DNA of 64,000 nt, from the NCBI GenBank assembly GCA_004551905.1, contig SFPL01000092.1:1371-65370 (forward strand). Reading direction: 5' to 3'. Source of the stretch: Lentisphaeraceae bacterium (lineage in GTDB: Bacteria; Verrucomicrobiota; Kiritimatiellia; RFP12; UBA1067). Shown here piece after piece: positions 8,457-17,789 of the stretch. Position 1 is the stretch's first letter. Each line of letters begins with the position of its first letter. Made by a program: the position numbers and the translations under genes. The notes beneath the pieces were generated by a model. It did no database searches and was not told where the DNA came from. It saw nothing but the letters and a program-made list of their open reading frames with translations.

Positions 8457-9911
8457 ATGGAACTTTACGAACTTGGTGTCAGGGAGGCGCTGGAGGGAAT
8501 CGCGAAGGGCGAGTTCTCCTGCGTTGAGCTGACGCAGGCGGTGATCGACCGGCGAAAGGCCGCTGACGGCGAGGTCGGCGCGTACCTCACCTTCGACGAG
8601 GAGCAGGCGCTCGCGCTCGCGAAGGAGAACCCGAAGTCGGTGCCGATCGCGATCAAGGACCTCATCAACGTCCGCGGCCAGCCCTGCACCTGCGCCTCGA
8701 AGATACTCAGGGGCTACGTCTCCCCCTACGACGCCACCGTGGTCGCGAACCTGCGCGCCAACGGCTTCATCCCCGCCGGCCGCGTCAACATGGACGAATT
8801 CGCGATGGGATCGTCGACCGAGCACTCCGGCCTGGGCGTGACCCGCAACCCCTATGACCCCGAGCGCGTGCCCGGCGGCAGCTCCGGCGGCAGCGCTGCG
8901 GCAGTCGGCGGCGACCTCTGCATCGCCGCGCTCGGCACCGACACCGGCGGTTCCATCCGCCAGCCCGCGAGTTTCTGCAACTGCGTCGGCGTGAAGCCGA
9001 GCTACGGCCGCGTGAGCCGCTACGGCGTCACCGCTTTCGCGAGCTCGCTCGACCAGGTGGGTCCCATGACCAAGTGCGTCGACGACGCGGCGATCCTGCT
9101 CCGGGCGCTCGCCGGCTGCGACCCGCACGACGGGACCTCGGCGCCGGATCCGGTGCCGGACTACCTCAAGGAGATCGAGGGCGCGTCGATGAAGGGGGTG
9201 CGGCTCGGGCTCCCGAAGGAGTACTTCGAGGTCTCGGGGCTCGACCCCGAGGTGAAGCGGATCGTCGAGGGGGCGGTGCGGGACTGCGAGGCGGCCGGCG
9301 CGGAGCTGGTGGAGATCTCGCTTCCCCACACCGAGTACGCGATGGCGGTCTACTACATCATCGCGCCGGCGGAGGCGTCCGCCAACCTGGCGCGGTTCGA
9401 CGGCGTCCGCTACGGCCACCGCAGCGCCGAGGCGAAGGATGTCTACTCGCTCTACGTGAAGAGCCGCGCCGAGGGGTTCGGTCCCGAGGTGAAGCGGAGG
9501 ATTATCATGGGCACCTACGTGCTCTCGTCGGGCTACTACGACGCCTACTACGGCAAGGCCCAGAAGGTGCGCACGCTGATCCGTCGCGACTTCGACGAGG
9601 CGTTCGCCAAGGTGGACGCGATCATCTCGCCCTGCGCGCCGACGCCGGCGTTCAAGTTCGGGGCGAACCAGGACCCGCTCACGATGTACCTGAACGACCT
9701 CTACACCATTCCGTCCGCGCTCGCCGGGGTGTGCGCCTCGTCGGTGCCGGCCGGCTTCACCGCGGCGGATTCGCTGCCGGTCGGGGTGCAGTTCATTTGC
9801 GGCGGCTTCGAGGAGGCGAAGCTGCTCAGGGTTTCGAAGGCTTTCGAGCAGATGCGTCAGCGGCGGACGCTCGCCGATTTCCGCAGGGAGAAAGGGAGGT
9901 TAAGCGCATGA
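8457..9911 (+). CDS. gatA: Glutamyl-tRNA(Gln)/aspartyl-tRNA(Asn) amidotransferase subunit A
   Basis: Amidase signature [11 protein letters not shown]...[12 protein letters not shown]. 484 aa. ATG lies 6 nt after a TGCTATAAT box. Confidence 0.9.
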   Translation: MELYELGVREALEGIAKGEFSCVELTQAVIDRRKAADGEVGAYLTFDEEQALALAKENPKSVPIAIKDLINVRGQPCTCASKILRGYVSPYDATVVANLRANGFIPAGRVNMDEFAMGSSTEHSGLGVTRNPYDPERVPGGSSGGSAAAVGGDLCIAALGTDTGGSIRQPASFCNCVGVKPSYGRVSRYGVTAFASSLDQVGPMTKCVDDAAILLRALAGCDPHDGTSAPDPVPDYLKEIEGASMKGVRLGLPKEYFEVSGLDPEVKRIVEGAVRDCEAAGAELVEISLPHTEYAMAVYYIIAPAEASANLARFDGVRYGHRSAEAKDVYSLYVKSRAEGFGPEVKRRIIMGTYVLSSGYYDAYYGKAQKVRTLIRRDFDEAFAKVDAIISPCAPTPAFKFGANQDPLTMYLNDLYTIPSALAGVCASSVPAGFTAADSLPVGVQFICGGFEEAKLLRVSKAFEQMRQRRTLADFRREKGRLSA

Positions 9912-10405
9912 AGAAGGCGACGATCGAGACGTCAATGGGCACAATAACCGTCGAGCTGGACGACGAAAGGGCGCCGGCCACGGTGGAGAACTTCGTGAAG
10001 TACGCGGCCGACGGCTTCTACGACGGCACGATCTTCCACCGCGTGATTGACGGGTTCATGGTCCAGGGCGGCGGCTTCACTCGAGACATGAACCAGAAGG
10101 ACACGCGCGGGCCGATCCGCATCGAGTCCATGAACGGGCTCAAGAACCTCCGCGGCACGATCGCGATGGCGAGGACGATGGTGCCCGACTCGGCGACGAG
10201 CCAGTTCTTCATCAACCTCGTCGACAACGGCTTCCTTGACTTCACCGCGCCCACCCAGAGCGGCTACGGTTACGCCGTCTTCGGCAAGGTGACGGACGGC
10301 ATGGAGGTTGTCGACCGCATCGCCAAGGTGCGCACCGGCTTCTCCGGTCCCCACCAGAACGTGCCCGAGGAGCCGGTGGTGATCAGGAAGGTTACCGTGG
10401 CCTGA
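9908..10405 (+). CDS. ppiB: Cyclophilin-type peptidyl-prolyl cis-trans isomerase
   Basis: [15 protein letters not shown] and SQFFIN motifs. ATGA overlap with the gatA stop. Confidence 0.9.
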   Translation: MKKATIETSMGTITVELDDERAPATVENFVKYAADGFYDGTIFHRVIDGFMVQGGGFTRDMNQKDTRGPIRIESMNGLKNLRGTIAMARTMVPDSATSQFFINLVDNGFLDFTAPTQSGYGYAVFGKVTDGMEVVDRIAKVRTGFSGPHQNVPEEPVVIRKVTVA

Positions 10406-10431
10406 CCCTTGATTTCCGCCGCGAAAAATCA

Positions 10432-10437
10432 TATAAT
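10432..10437 (+). promoter_or_regulatory. -10 box TATAAT upstream of the repeat-protein gene
   Basis: TATAAT 35 nt before ATG 10473. The leader carries an aaggaga SD. Confidence 0.4.
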
Positions 10438-10472
10438 ACCAGACAACTACACCTCACAAGGAGAAACGAGTG

Positions 10473-11054
10473 ATGAAGAAACTGCTTTCGTTCATGTTCG
10501 CCGCCGCGGTCGCGGCCGCCGCCTATGCCGACGACGACTCCGCCGCGGCCGAGATGGCCAAGAACGTCGCGGCGCGTTCCCAGGCCGAGGAGCAGCGCTA
10601 CGACAGCCCCACCTGGCCGGCGTTCCTCGCCGTCTGGCAGGTCCCGCACGCGCTCGACGTGGTCGGCCTTCGCATCACCATCCCTTACTCCACCGCGCAG
10701 GAGAACGTCACCGGCTTCGACCTCGGCCTCTGGGGCCGCTGCCTCTACTTCGAGGGCGTGCAGGTGAACCTGCTCCGCTGCGACGTCGTGGACGACGGCG
10801 CGGGCGCCCAGGTGGGCATCTACAACTCGATCGGCCACGGCGACATGCTCGGGGTGCAGGTCGGCCTCTGGAACGAGGCGCTCTGCCTGCGCGGCGTTCA
10901 GGCCGGCCTCATCAACGTCGCCGGCGATGCGGAAGGCTTCCAGGTCGGCATCGTCAACCGCGCGGAGTCGCTCCACGGCTACCAGCTCGGCCTCGTCAAC
11001 GTGATCCGCTCCGCCGAGTTCCAGTTCTTCCCGATAATCAACATCGGCTTCTGA
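10473..11054 (+). CDS. Secreted GxQxGxxN-repeat protein with C-terminal FFPIINIGF (paralog of 35681-36217)
   Basis: Signal peptide MKKLLSFMFAAAVAAAAYA. Repeated GVQVNLL, GAQVGIYN, GVQVGLWN, GVQAGLIN, GFQVGIVN, GYQLGLVN units. Terminal aromatic residue. aaggaga SD. Confidence 0.6.
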   Translation: MKKLLSFMFAAAVAAAAYADDDSAAAEMAKNVAARSQAEEQRYDSPTWPAFLAVWQVPHALDVVGLRITIPYSTAQENVTGFDLGLWGRCLYFEGVQVNLLRCDVVDDGAGAQVGIYNSIGHGDMLGVQVGLWNEALCLRGVQAGLINVAGDAEGFQVGIVNRAESLHGYQLGLVNVIRSAEFQFFPIINIGF

Positions 11055-11061
11055 TCAGCAG

Positions 11062-12255
11062 ATGAACATCCGTGCATTCGCGGCCGTCAGGCCGAATAAG
11101 GAGGACGCAGCCCTGGTCGCGTCCGTTCCATACGACGTGGTCGACACGGCGGAGGCGAAGGCCCTCGCCGAGGACAACCCGAAGAGCTTCCTCCACGTGT
11201 CGCGTCCCGAGATCGACCTCGCGCCCGGCACCGACCCTTCCTCGCCCGAGGCGTACGCGCAGGCGCGCCGTGCGCTCGACGCGCTGATCGCTGGCGGCAC
11301 GCTGGTGCGCGACCCCGAGCCCAAGTTCTACGCTTACCGCCAGACGATGGGCTCGCACTCGCAGACGGGCATCGTGGCGACGTTCGACACCCAGGACTAC
11401 CTCGCCGGCGTCCTCAAGCAGCACGAGAAGACGCGCAAGGACAAGGAGGACGACCGCACCCGCCACATCGAGACGCTCTCCGCCCACACCGGCCCGGCGT
11501 TCCTCACCTACCGCGACGACAAAGCGATCGACCTCATTGTCGAGGAGGCGTGCCGCCGCGAGCCGCTCTACGACTTCACCGCGCCCGATGGCATCGGTCA
11601 CACGGTCTGGGAGATCGCCGCGGCGTCGTCCTGCGCCGCCGACGAGCTGGTGGAGCGCTTCGCGCAGATCCCCGTCGCCTACATCGCCGACGGCCACCAC
11701 CGCAGCGCTGCGGCCTCGCGCTACGCGAAGGAGCGCAACTTCGAGGGCGAGAGCCGCTGGTTCCTCGCCGTCGCGTTCCCCGCGAGCCAGCTCAAGATCC
11801 TCGCCTACAACCGCCTGGTCGCGGACCTGAACGGACTCTCCGACTACGAGTTCCTCTCCCGCGTCTCCGAGAGCTTCACCATCCAATCGCGCGGCGAGCG
11901 CAACTGCCGCATGTACTTCCGCGGCAAGTGGATGGACCTTTCCTGGGACGCGCCCCGCGGCGCCGGCGCGGCGGAGGCGCTTGACGTCTCCTACCTGCAG
12001 TCGAAGCTGCTCGCGCCCATCCTGGGCATCGGCGACCCGCGCACCGACAAGCGCATCTCCTTCATGGGCGGCATCCGCGGCGACGCGGAGCTGGCCGCCA
12101 AGGTCGACTCCGGCGAGAACGCCGTCGCGTTCGCGATGGAGCCGGTGACGGTCGAGGAGATGATGGCCATCGCCGACGCTGGCGCGATCATGCCGCCGAA
12201 GTCGACCTGGTTCGAGCCGAAGCTTCGCTCGGGGCTGTTCGTCCACGCCGTCTGA
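11062..12255 (+). CDS. DUF1015 family protein
   Basis: N-terminus MNIRAFAAVRPN...VPYDVVDT and the ADGHHR motif are typical of DUF1015. 397 aa. Confidence 0.75.
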   Translation: MNIRAFAAVRPNKEDAALVASVPYDVVDTAEAKALAEDNPKSFLHVSRPEIDLAPGTDPSSPEAYAQARRALDALIAGGTLVRDPEPKFYAYRQTMGSHSQTGIVATFDTQDYLAGVLKQHEKTRKDKEDDRTRHIETLSAHTGPAFLTYRDDKAIDLIVEEACRREPLYDFTAPDGIGHTVWEIAAASSCAADELVERFAQIPVAYIADGHHRSAAASRYAKERNFEGESRWFLAVAFPASQLKILAYNRLVADLNGLSDYEFLSRVSESFTIQSRGERNCRMYFRGKWMDLSWDAPRGAGAAEALDVSYLQSKLLAPILGIGDPRTDKRISFMGGIRGDAELAAKVDSGENAVAFAMEPVTVEEMMAIADAGAIMPPKSTWFEPKLRSGLFVHAV

Positions 12256-12261
12256 GGCTGC

Positions 12262-12756
12262 GTGGCGATGAACCTCGGCGCGTTTTTCCGGTTTATCTGG
12301 CGGAAGATGGTCCGCGACCCGCTTCCGCCGGAGGACGTCGCCGCCGGCTGGGCGCTGGGGATGTTCGTCGGCTGCTCGGTTCCGTTCGGGCTGCAGCTGA
12401 TCGTGTCGGTGCCGTTCGCGATGATGATGCGCATCTCCAAGGTGGGCGCGACGGTCGGCACCTTCATCACCAACCCGCTGACCATCTGGATCATCTACCC
12501 CGCGCAGACGATGGCGATGGGCTGGCTGCTCGGACGCGACTTCTCCTGGGACTACATCCTCCAGGCGATGCGCGGGGTGGCGGAGAACAGCGACTGGAAG
12601 ACGCTCCTGAGCCTCTCGGGGGACGTCGTGGTGTGCTTCATCCTCGGCGGCCTCGCTCTCGCGTCGGTGCTCACGCCGATAACCTACTTCACCGTCAGGA
12701 CATTGGTGAGGAAATACAGAAGCGGAAGGAGTGGAAATGGAAATCGTTTGCCTTGA
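12262..12756 (+). CDS. DUF2062 family membrane protein
   Basis: AAGWALGMFVGCSVPFGLQ...TNPLTIWIIYP pattern of DUF2062. Start (GTG 12262 or ATG 12268) is uncertain. Confidence 0.65.
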   Translation: MAMNLGAFFRFIWRKMVRDPLPPEDVAAGWALGMFVGCSVPFGLQLIVSVPFAMMMRISKVGATVGTFITNPLTIWIIYPAQTMAMGWLLGRDFSWDYILQAMRGVAENSDWKTLLSLSGDVVVCFILGGLALASVLTPITYFTVRTLVRKYRSGRSGNGNRLP

Positions 12757-13348
12757 CCTCGAGGGAGTGCTGGTGCCGGAGATCTGGATCGAGTTCTCCC
12801 GCGCCACCGGGATTCCGGAGTTCGCGCGCACCACGCGCGACGAGCCCGACTACGACAGGCTGATGCACTACCGCATCGACCTCCTCGCGAAGCACGGGCT
12901 CGGCCTCGCCGAGATCCAGTCCGTCATCGCCCGCATTGACCCTATGGAAGGGGCGCGGGAGTTCCTCGACGCGCTGCGCGAGCGCACCCAGGTGGCGATC
13001 CTCTCGGACACCTTCGCCGAGTTCGTGAAGCCGCTGATGAAGAAGCTCGGCTGGCCGACGCTCCTCTGCAACACGCTGGTGGCGACGCCGGAAGGGAAGG
13101 TGACGGGCTACAAGATGCGCTGCGCGAAGTCGAAGCTCGCCACCGTGCGCGCGTTCCAGTCCTGCGGGCTCGACACGATCGCCGCGGGCGACAGCTTCAA
13201 CGACCTGGAGATGATCCGCGCCTCCCGCGACGGCTTCCTCTTCCGCTCGACCGACGCGATCAAGGCCGCCAACCCGGACCTCCCCGCGTTCGAGACCTAC
13301 GCCGAGCTCCTCTCCGCCATCTCCTCCGCGCTGAAAGCCGGGGAGTAA
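12737..13348 (+). CDS. thrH: ThrH-type phosphoserine phosphatase / homoserine phosphotransferase (HAD superfamily)
   Basis: MEIVCLDLEGVLVPEIWI...ILSDTF...AAGDSFND is collinear with my recollection of Pseudomonas ThrH. SD ggaaggag 5 nt upstream of ATG 12737. Confidence 0.8.
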   Translation: MEIVCLDLEGVLVPEIWIEFSRATGIPEFARTTRDEPDYDRLMHYRIDLLAKHGLGLAEIQSVIARIDPMEGAREFLDALRERTQVAILSDTFAEFVKPLMKKLGWPTLLCNTLVATPEGKVTGYKMRCAKSKLATVRAFQSCGLDTIAAGDSFNDLEMIRASRDGFLFRSTDAIKAANPDLPAFETYAELLSAISSALKAGE

Positions 13349-13372
13349 AGGTTGTTGGTTGCTGAGACACTT

Positions 13373-13431
13373 CCAACGCATTAAAAACAATTCAGGGGCC
13401 CCAAAGGGGAAGGATCGGTTTAATGCGTTGG
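13373..13431. repeat. Perfect 13-bp inverted repeat (CCAACGCATTAAA / TTTAATGCGTTGG) with 33-nt spacer
   Basis: Read directly, between the thrH stop and the tadC-like promoter. The spacer contains GGGGCCCC. Confidence 0.8.
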
Positions 13432-13473
13432 CCGTACTAACCCCATGCCCATTGTGCAGAGCGGCGCGAATTA

Positions 13474-13482
13474 TGGTATAAT
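13474..13482 (+). promoter_or_regulatory. Extended -10 promoter (TGGTATAAT) of the tadC-like operon
   Basis: 9 nt before ATG 13492. Confidence 0.55.
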
Positions 13483-13491
13483 TAGCATCCG

Positions 13492-14292
13492 ATGGACTCA
13501 CTTACCATAGCGTCGATGGCGATCTGGGCGGCGGCGGCGGCCGGCGTGGCGTGGTACCTGGCGACTGTCGCCGGGGAGGTGACCTATGTCACACTCGCGG
13601 ACGGGCGCCGCCAGGCGCGGCAGATACCGATTGTCTTCAAGGCGCTGCTGCCGTTTGCGCCGAACTTCTTCCCGCTCGTCCAGAGTCCGGCGTTCCGGCG
13701 CACGGTGGAGAGCGCGGACGCGAAGCTGGTGCAGGGAGGCTTCGAGGGTCTGATCTCGGGAGAGGAGTTCGCGGCGCTCAAGCTGATGCTGCTGTGGGTG
13801 CTGCCGGACCTTTGGCTGCGCGGTGCGGTGAAGCGTCGCCACCTCGCGATTCAGAAGGCGCTGCCGTTTGTCCTCGACCTGCTGACGCTTTCGGTCGAGG
13901 CGGGCATGGACTTCATCAGCGCGCTGCAGCGCAACTGCCGGCTGCGGCGGCTCGACCCGCTCAACGAGGAACTCCTGCGGATGACGAAGGAGATCCAGGT
14001 CGGTCGTTCGCGCCGCGAGGCGCTGAAGGACATGGCGAAGCGCGTCGGCCAGCCGGACCTGCGGTCGGTCGCGCACGCGCTGATTCAGGCGGACGAGCTC
14101 GGCGTCTCCATCGGCGCGATGCTGAGGATACAGTCCGACCAGCTCCGCGCTCGCCGCTTCGATCGGGCGGAGAAGCTGGCGGCGGAGGCGCCGGTCAAGA
14201 TGCTCGGTCCGCTGATGCTCTGCATTTTCCCGGCGGTGTTCATCATCCTGCTCGGGCCGGTGCTTACCCAGGCGATGAAAGGAGTGTTCTGA
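13492..14292 (+). CDS. Type II secretion system F-domain platform protein (TadB/TadC-like)
   Basis: LPFVLDLLTLSVEAGMDF...EIQVGRSRREAL...QADELGVSIG...FPAVFIILLGP is typical of the T2SSF/TadC family. ATG lies 9 nt after TGGTATAAT. Confidence 0.8.
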   Translation: MDSLTIASMAIWAAAAAGVAWYLATVAGEVTYVTLADGRRQARQIPIVFKALLPFAPNFFPLVQSPAFRRTVESADAKLVQGGFEGLISGEEFAALKLMLLWVLPDLWLRGAVKRRHLAIQKALPFVLDLLTLSVEAGMDFISALQRNCRLRRLDPLNEELLRMTKEIQVGRSRREALKDMAKRVGQPDLRSVAHALIQADELGVSIGAMLRIQSDQLRARRFDRAEKLAAEAPVKMLGPLMLCIFPAVFIILLGPVLTQAMKGVF

Positions 14293-15599
14293 TGGCGGAT
14301 AATCCGTCACTTGAGGCGGTGAAGGGCCCGCTCGCGGGCCGCAGGTTCGAGGTGGGCCCGGGCGGGCTCAGGCTCGGCCGCTCGTCCACCTGCGACATCC
14401 ACGTTCCCGACGAGGAGCTGTCGCGCAACCACTGTCTCTTCGAGGCGGCGGGGTCGACCGGCCTGCGCGTGACCGACCTCGCGAGCGCGAACGGCACCAT
14501 CGTCAACGGCGAGCCGATCGGCGCGGAGCCGGTTCCGCTCTCGCCGGGCGACACAGTGGAGGCGGGCGGCACCATGCTGCGCGTCGCCGGCGGAGCGGTG
14601 TCGCGGCTGGACCTGGGGCTCGGGCCGGCGGCGCCGGCGGGACAGGCCGCGGCGCCGTCCGCGCCGCCGCGCCGCCGGCGTCCGGCGTTCCTCAACGCGC
14701 TGTGGGGAATCGCGGTGGCGTCGTGCGCGATCGGGATCTACCTGGCGCTGACCGGGAAGCGGACTGTGACCGTGCCGCCGGCGGCGCCGGTCGAGGAGGC
14801 GGCGCCGGTCGTCAAGGAGGCTTTCTACGAAAAGGTGGAGGCGAACGATTCGCGCATCTTCCGCTACGCGATGACGCTGGCGGCGGACTCCACGCTGACG
14901 GTGAAGGTCGATGACGTGCCGGACGAGAACCGCCACCACGCCAAGAGCCAGCCGCTCGGCCCAGAGGCGCTGGAGGAGATCAACGAGATCCTCGCCTGGA
15001 AGAACCTGAAGGACCTCGACCGCGAGTACATCGGCGTCGAGCCCGACCCGCCGGCGCTCGAGAGCTGGTCGCTCCGTGTGGTCTACTCCAACCGGGTGCG
15101 CACGGTGAAGGTGGTCAACACCCAGGAGCCGGAGGCGTTCAGGGTGATCCGCGAGCGGCTGGAGGCGTTCTCCAAGAGCGAGCTCGGGGTGTGGGCGATC
15201 CAGTACTCCCGCGGCAAGCTGATGGAGCTCGCCGAGAAGGCGGCGGAGCTCGGCGAGGCGAAGTGGGCCGACCGCGACGTCGAGCACGGCAACCTCGCCG
15301 CGTCGATCGAGGCGTACCGCGAGGCGCTGTTCTACCTCGAGACCATCGACCCGAAGCCGCCGCTTGCGGCGACGGTGCGCGAGGGGCTGGAGCGCTCGAA
15401 GGAGGAGCTCGACCGGCGCTGCCGCGACCAGCGGTTCCTCGCCGACCGCGCGCTCAACCTCAAGCAGTGGGAGGAGGCGAAGAGCGCGCTGATGGTGCTG
15501 ATGGAGATGGTGCCTGACCGCCGCGACGACCGCCACCGCGACGCCAAGACGAAGCTCCTCTCGGCGGAGAGCCATCTGAAGAAGGGAGGCGAGAGATGA
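14292..15599 (+). CDS. FHA-domain membrane protein
   Basis: N-terminal FHA (LRLGRSSTCDIHVPDEELSRNHCLF...SANGTIVNGEPI), one TM (ALWGIAVASCAIGIYLAL) and a ~270-aa C-terminal domain. ATG overlaps the upstream TGA. Confidence 0.8.
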   Translation: MADNPSLEAVKGPLAGRRFEVGPGGLRLGRSSTCDIHVPDEELSRNHCLFEAAGSTGLRVTDLASANGTIVNGEPIGAEPVPLSPGDTVEAGGTMLRVAGGAVSRLDLGLGPAAPAGQAAAPSAPPRRRRPAFLNALWGIAVASCAIGIYLALTGKRTVTVPPAAPVEEAAPVVKEAFYEKVEANDSRIFRYAMTLAADSTLTVKVDDVPDENRHHAKSQPLGPEALEEINEILAWKNLKDLDREYIGVEPDPPALESWSLRVVYSNRVRTVKVVNTQEPEAFRVIRERLEAFSKSELGVWAIQYSRGKLMELAEKAAELGEAKWADRDVEHGNLAASIEAYREALFYLETIDPKPPLAATVREGLERSKEELDRRCRDQRFLADRALNLKQWEEAKSALMVLMEMVPDRRDDRHRDAKTKLLSAESHLKKGGER

Positions 15600-16918
15600 G
15601 GTCGGCCATTTTTGTGGTTCTCGCGCTCGCGTCCGCCGCAGTTCTTGCGGCAGACGAGCAGCCCGCGGTGCGTCCGCGGGTGACGGTATCGAGCCAGCCG
15701 TCGGGGGCGACGGTGTCGGTGGACGGCATGGACCGCGGCGTCACGCCGCTGGTGATCTACGACCTGGGCCCCGGCCGCCACCATCTGCGCTATCGTCTCG
15801 CCGGCTACGAGGATCGCGACCGGTTCTTCACCATGGACGAGGGCCCGGTGCTGGAGAAGAGCGAGACGCTCGTCCCCGAGAAGGGGCTGCTCCTGCTGCG
15901 CTCCGACCCGCCGGGCTGCGCCATCTCCATCGACGGCGTGGCCGCCGGCACGACGCCGCGGCTCTTCACCGACCTCGACGCCAAGGAGACTTACAAGGTA
16001 AGTCTGACCAAGGCGGGCTACCTGCCGCAGGATCTGGTCGTCAAGTTCAACAGGCGCGAGCCGCTGGTGAGGGACGAGAAGATGGTGCTCGACTCGGGCG
16101 CGATCAGCATCATCTCAGACCCGGCGGGCGCGGAGGTGACGGTGAACGGCATTGTCCGAGGCGTGACGCCGCTCGAGGTGAAGGACGTCCCGAAGGGCAG
16201 GGCGGCGGTGAAGTTCAGGCTCGACGGCTTTGCCGAGGAGGTGCGGGAACTCGCGATGCGCGCCGGCGACCGCCAGACGCTGTCGATCGTGCTCAGTCCG
16301 CTGCCCGGCTCGCTGCACTTAGCCTCGGTGCCGAATGGCGCGCGGTTCTACCTGGACGAGGAGGCGCGCGGACAGGGTCCTCTCGCGATCACCGGGCTCA
16401 AGCCGGGCGCGTACCGCGTCCGCGCCGAGCTCGCCGGCTACGGCACGATCGAGAAGACGGTGGAGATAAAGCCCGGCGAGGCGACGCGCGAGGAGTTCCG
16501 GCTCTCCAACGTGATGGGCAGGCTGGAGGTGCGCACCGATCCGCCGGGGGCGACGGTGATCTTCGACGGCAAGGTGCTCGGGACGACGAAGGGGCCCGAG
16601 GGCGCGGCGAAGAGCAACGTCTTCGCGATCGAGAACATCCTCGAAGGCGAGCACGTGCTCATCGTGCGCAAGGACGGCTACGAGGAGTCGTCCCGGAAGC
16701 CGAAGATCCGCAGCAGCAAGACCTCGCAGGCGAACGTGAGGCTCAAGAGGGTTTTTGTTCCCGACATCGAGCTCGAGACGGTGCACGGAACCGTCCGCGG
16801 TGTGCTGGTGGAGAAGCAGGATGACTGCGTCAAGGTCGAGGTCTCGCTCGGAATCACCCGCACCATCCCCAGGAACGAGATCAGGAAGTATACGCCCATC
16901 GGCGAAGGGGCGAAGTGA
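15596..16918 (+). CDS. Secreted protein with five PEGA domains
   Basis: Signal peptide. Repeated S/DP(S/P/A)GA.V..DG...G.TP units at five positions. 4-nt overlap with the upstream gene. Confidence 0.8.
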   Translation: MRSAIFVVLALASAAVLAADEQPAVRPRVTVSSQPSGATVSVDGMDRGVTPLVIYDLGPGRHHLRYRLAGYEDRDRFFTMDEGPVLEKSETLVPEKGLLLLRSDPPGCAISIDGVAAGTTPRLFTDLDAKETYKVSLTKAGYLPQDLVVKFNRREPLVRDEKMVLDSGAISIISDPAGAEVTVNGIVRGVTPLEVKDVPKGRAAVKFRLDGFAEEVRELAMRAGDRQTLSIVLSPLPGSLHLASVPNGARFYLDEEARGQGPLAITGLKPGAYRVRAELAGYGTIEKTVEIKPGEATREEFRLSNVMGRLEVRTDPPGATVIFDGKVLGTTKGPEGAAKSNVFAIENILEGEHVLIVRKDGYEESSRKPKIRSSKTSQANVRLKRVFVPDIELETVHGTVRGVLVEKQDDCVKVEVSLGITRTIPRNEIRKYTPIGEGAK

Positions 16919-17664
16919 GGCGGCGGCTCGACGTCACGCTGGTGGAGCGCGGGCTTGCCGCGTCTCGCACCCTCGCCCAGGCGCTCGTCATGGCGGGCAA
17001 GGTGCGCGTCGCGGGGCAGGTGGAGACCAAGGCGTCGCGGCAGGTGGACGAGTCGGCGGCGCTCGAGGTGGAGGCGCCCCCGCGTTTCGTCTCCCGCGGC
17101 GGCGAGAAGCTGGAGGGCGCTTTCGCGCTCTGGGGCGCGGGGCCGGACCCGGCGCTCGCTGCGGCCGGACGGATCTGCCTCGACGTCGGCTCCTCGACCG
17201 GCGGCTTCACCGACTGCCTGCTGCAGCACGGCGCGAAGATGGTGATGGCGGTGGACGTTGGGACCAACCAGCTCGCCTATTCGCTCCGCAGTGACCCGCG
17301 CGTGTGGGTGAAGGAGAACTTTAACGCCCGCTACATGACGCGCGCCGATCTGCCCGAGACGCCGGAGCTGGCGGTGACCGACGTCTCGTTCATCTCGCTC
17401 CGGCTCATCCTGCCGCCGATCGCCTCGGTGCTCGCGCCCGGCGGCGCCGTCGTCGCGCTCATCAAGCCGCAGTTCGAGGTGGGGAAGGGGCAGGCGCCGG
17501 GCGGGCTGGTGCGGGACGAGGCGCTGCGCCTTGCGGCGCGCAACGGCATCGTGCGTTTCGCCGAGGAGGAACTGGGGCTGTCGCTCGCCGGGCTCGCCGA
17601 GTCGCCGATCCGCGGCCGCGAGATGGGTAACGTAGAGTACCTCTCGTTCTTCCGCAAGATGTGA
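16915..17664 (+). CDS. tlyA: TlyA-family rRNA 2'-O-methyltransferase (S4 domain + FtsJ-like)
   Basis: RLDVTLVERGLA...SRGGEKLEGAF...LDVGSSTGGFTDCLLQHGA. GTGA overlap with the upstream gene. Confidence 0.85.
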   Translation: MRRRLDVTLVERGLAASRTLAQALVMAGKVRVAGQVETKASRQVDESAALEVEAPPRFVSRGGEKLEGAFALWGAGPDPALAAAGRICLDVGSSTGGFTDCLLQHGAKMVMAVDVGTNQLAYSLRSDPRVWVKENFNARYMTRADLPETPELAVTDVSFISLRLILPPIASVLAPGGAVVALIKPQFEVGKGQAPGGLVRDEALRLAARNGIVRFAEEELGLSLAGLAESPIRGREMGNVEYLSFFRKM

Positions 17665-17751
17665 AGGCGGGTGTCTGCCCGGTCAAGGAGTTGTAGACCT
17701 TTTTGCGGAGGAGTTGCATTCACTCTGTCTTGTCACCGCGAGCAGGCGAGC

Positions 17752-17783
17752 CACGAATCACGAACCACGAAATATGCTATAAT
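17752..17783 (+). promoter_or_regulatory. Promoter cassette: three tandem heptamers (CACGAAT CACGAAC CACGAAA) + TGCTATAAT; leaderless flp
   Basis: -10 hexamer at 17778-17783, 6 nt before ATG 17790. Confidence 0.6.
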
Positions 17784-17789
17784 ACGCAC

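Noticed and set aside
11038-12834. 598-aa minus-strand ORF
   Set aside because: It is a shadow ORF opposite the DUF1015 and DUF2062 genes, with a low-complexity R/A/G/D-rich translation and no motifs.
17665-17751. Terminator after tlyA
   Set aside because: A CTTTTTG run is present, but I could not find a convincing preceding GC hairpin.
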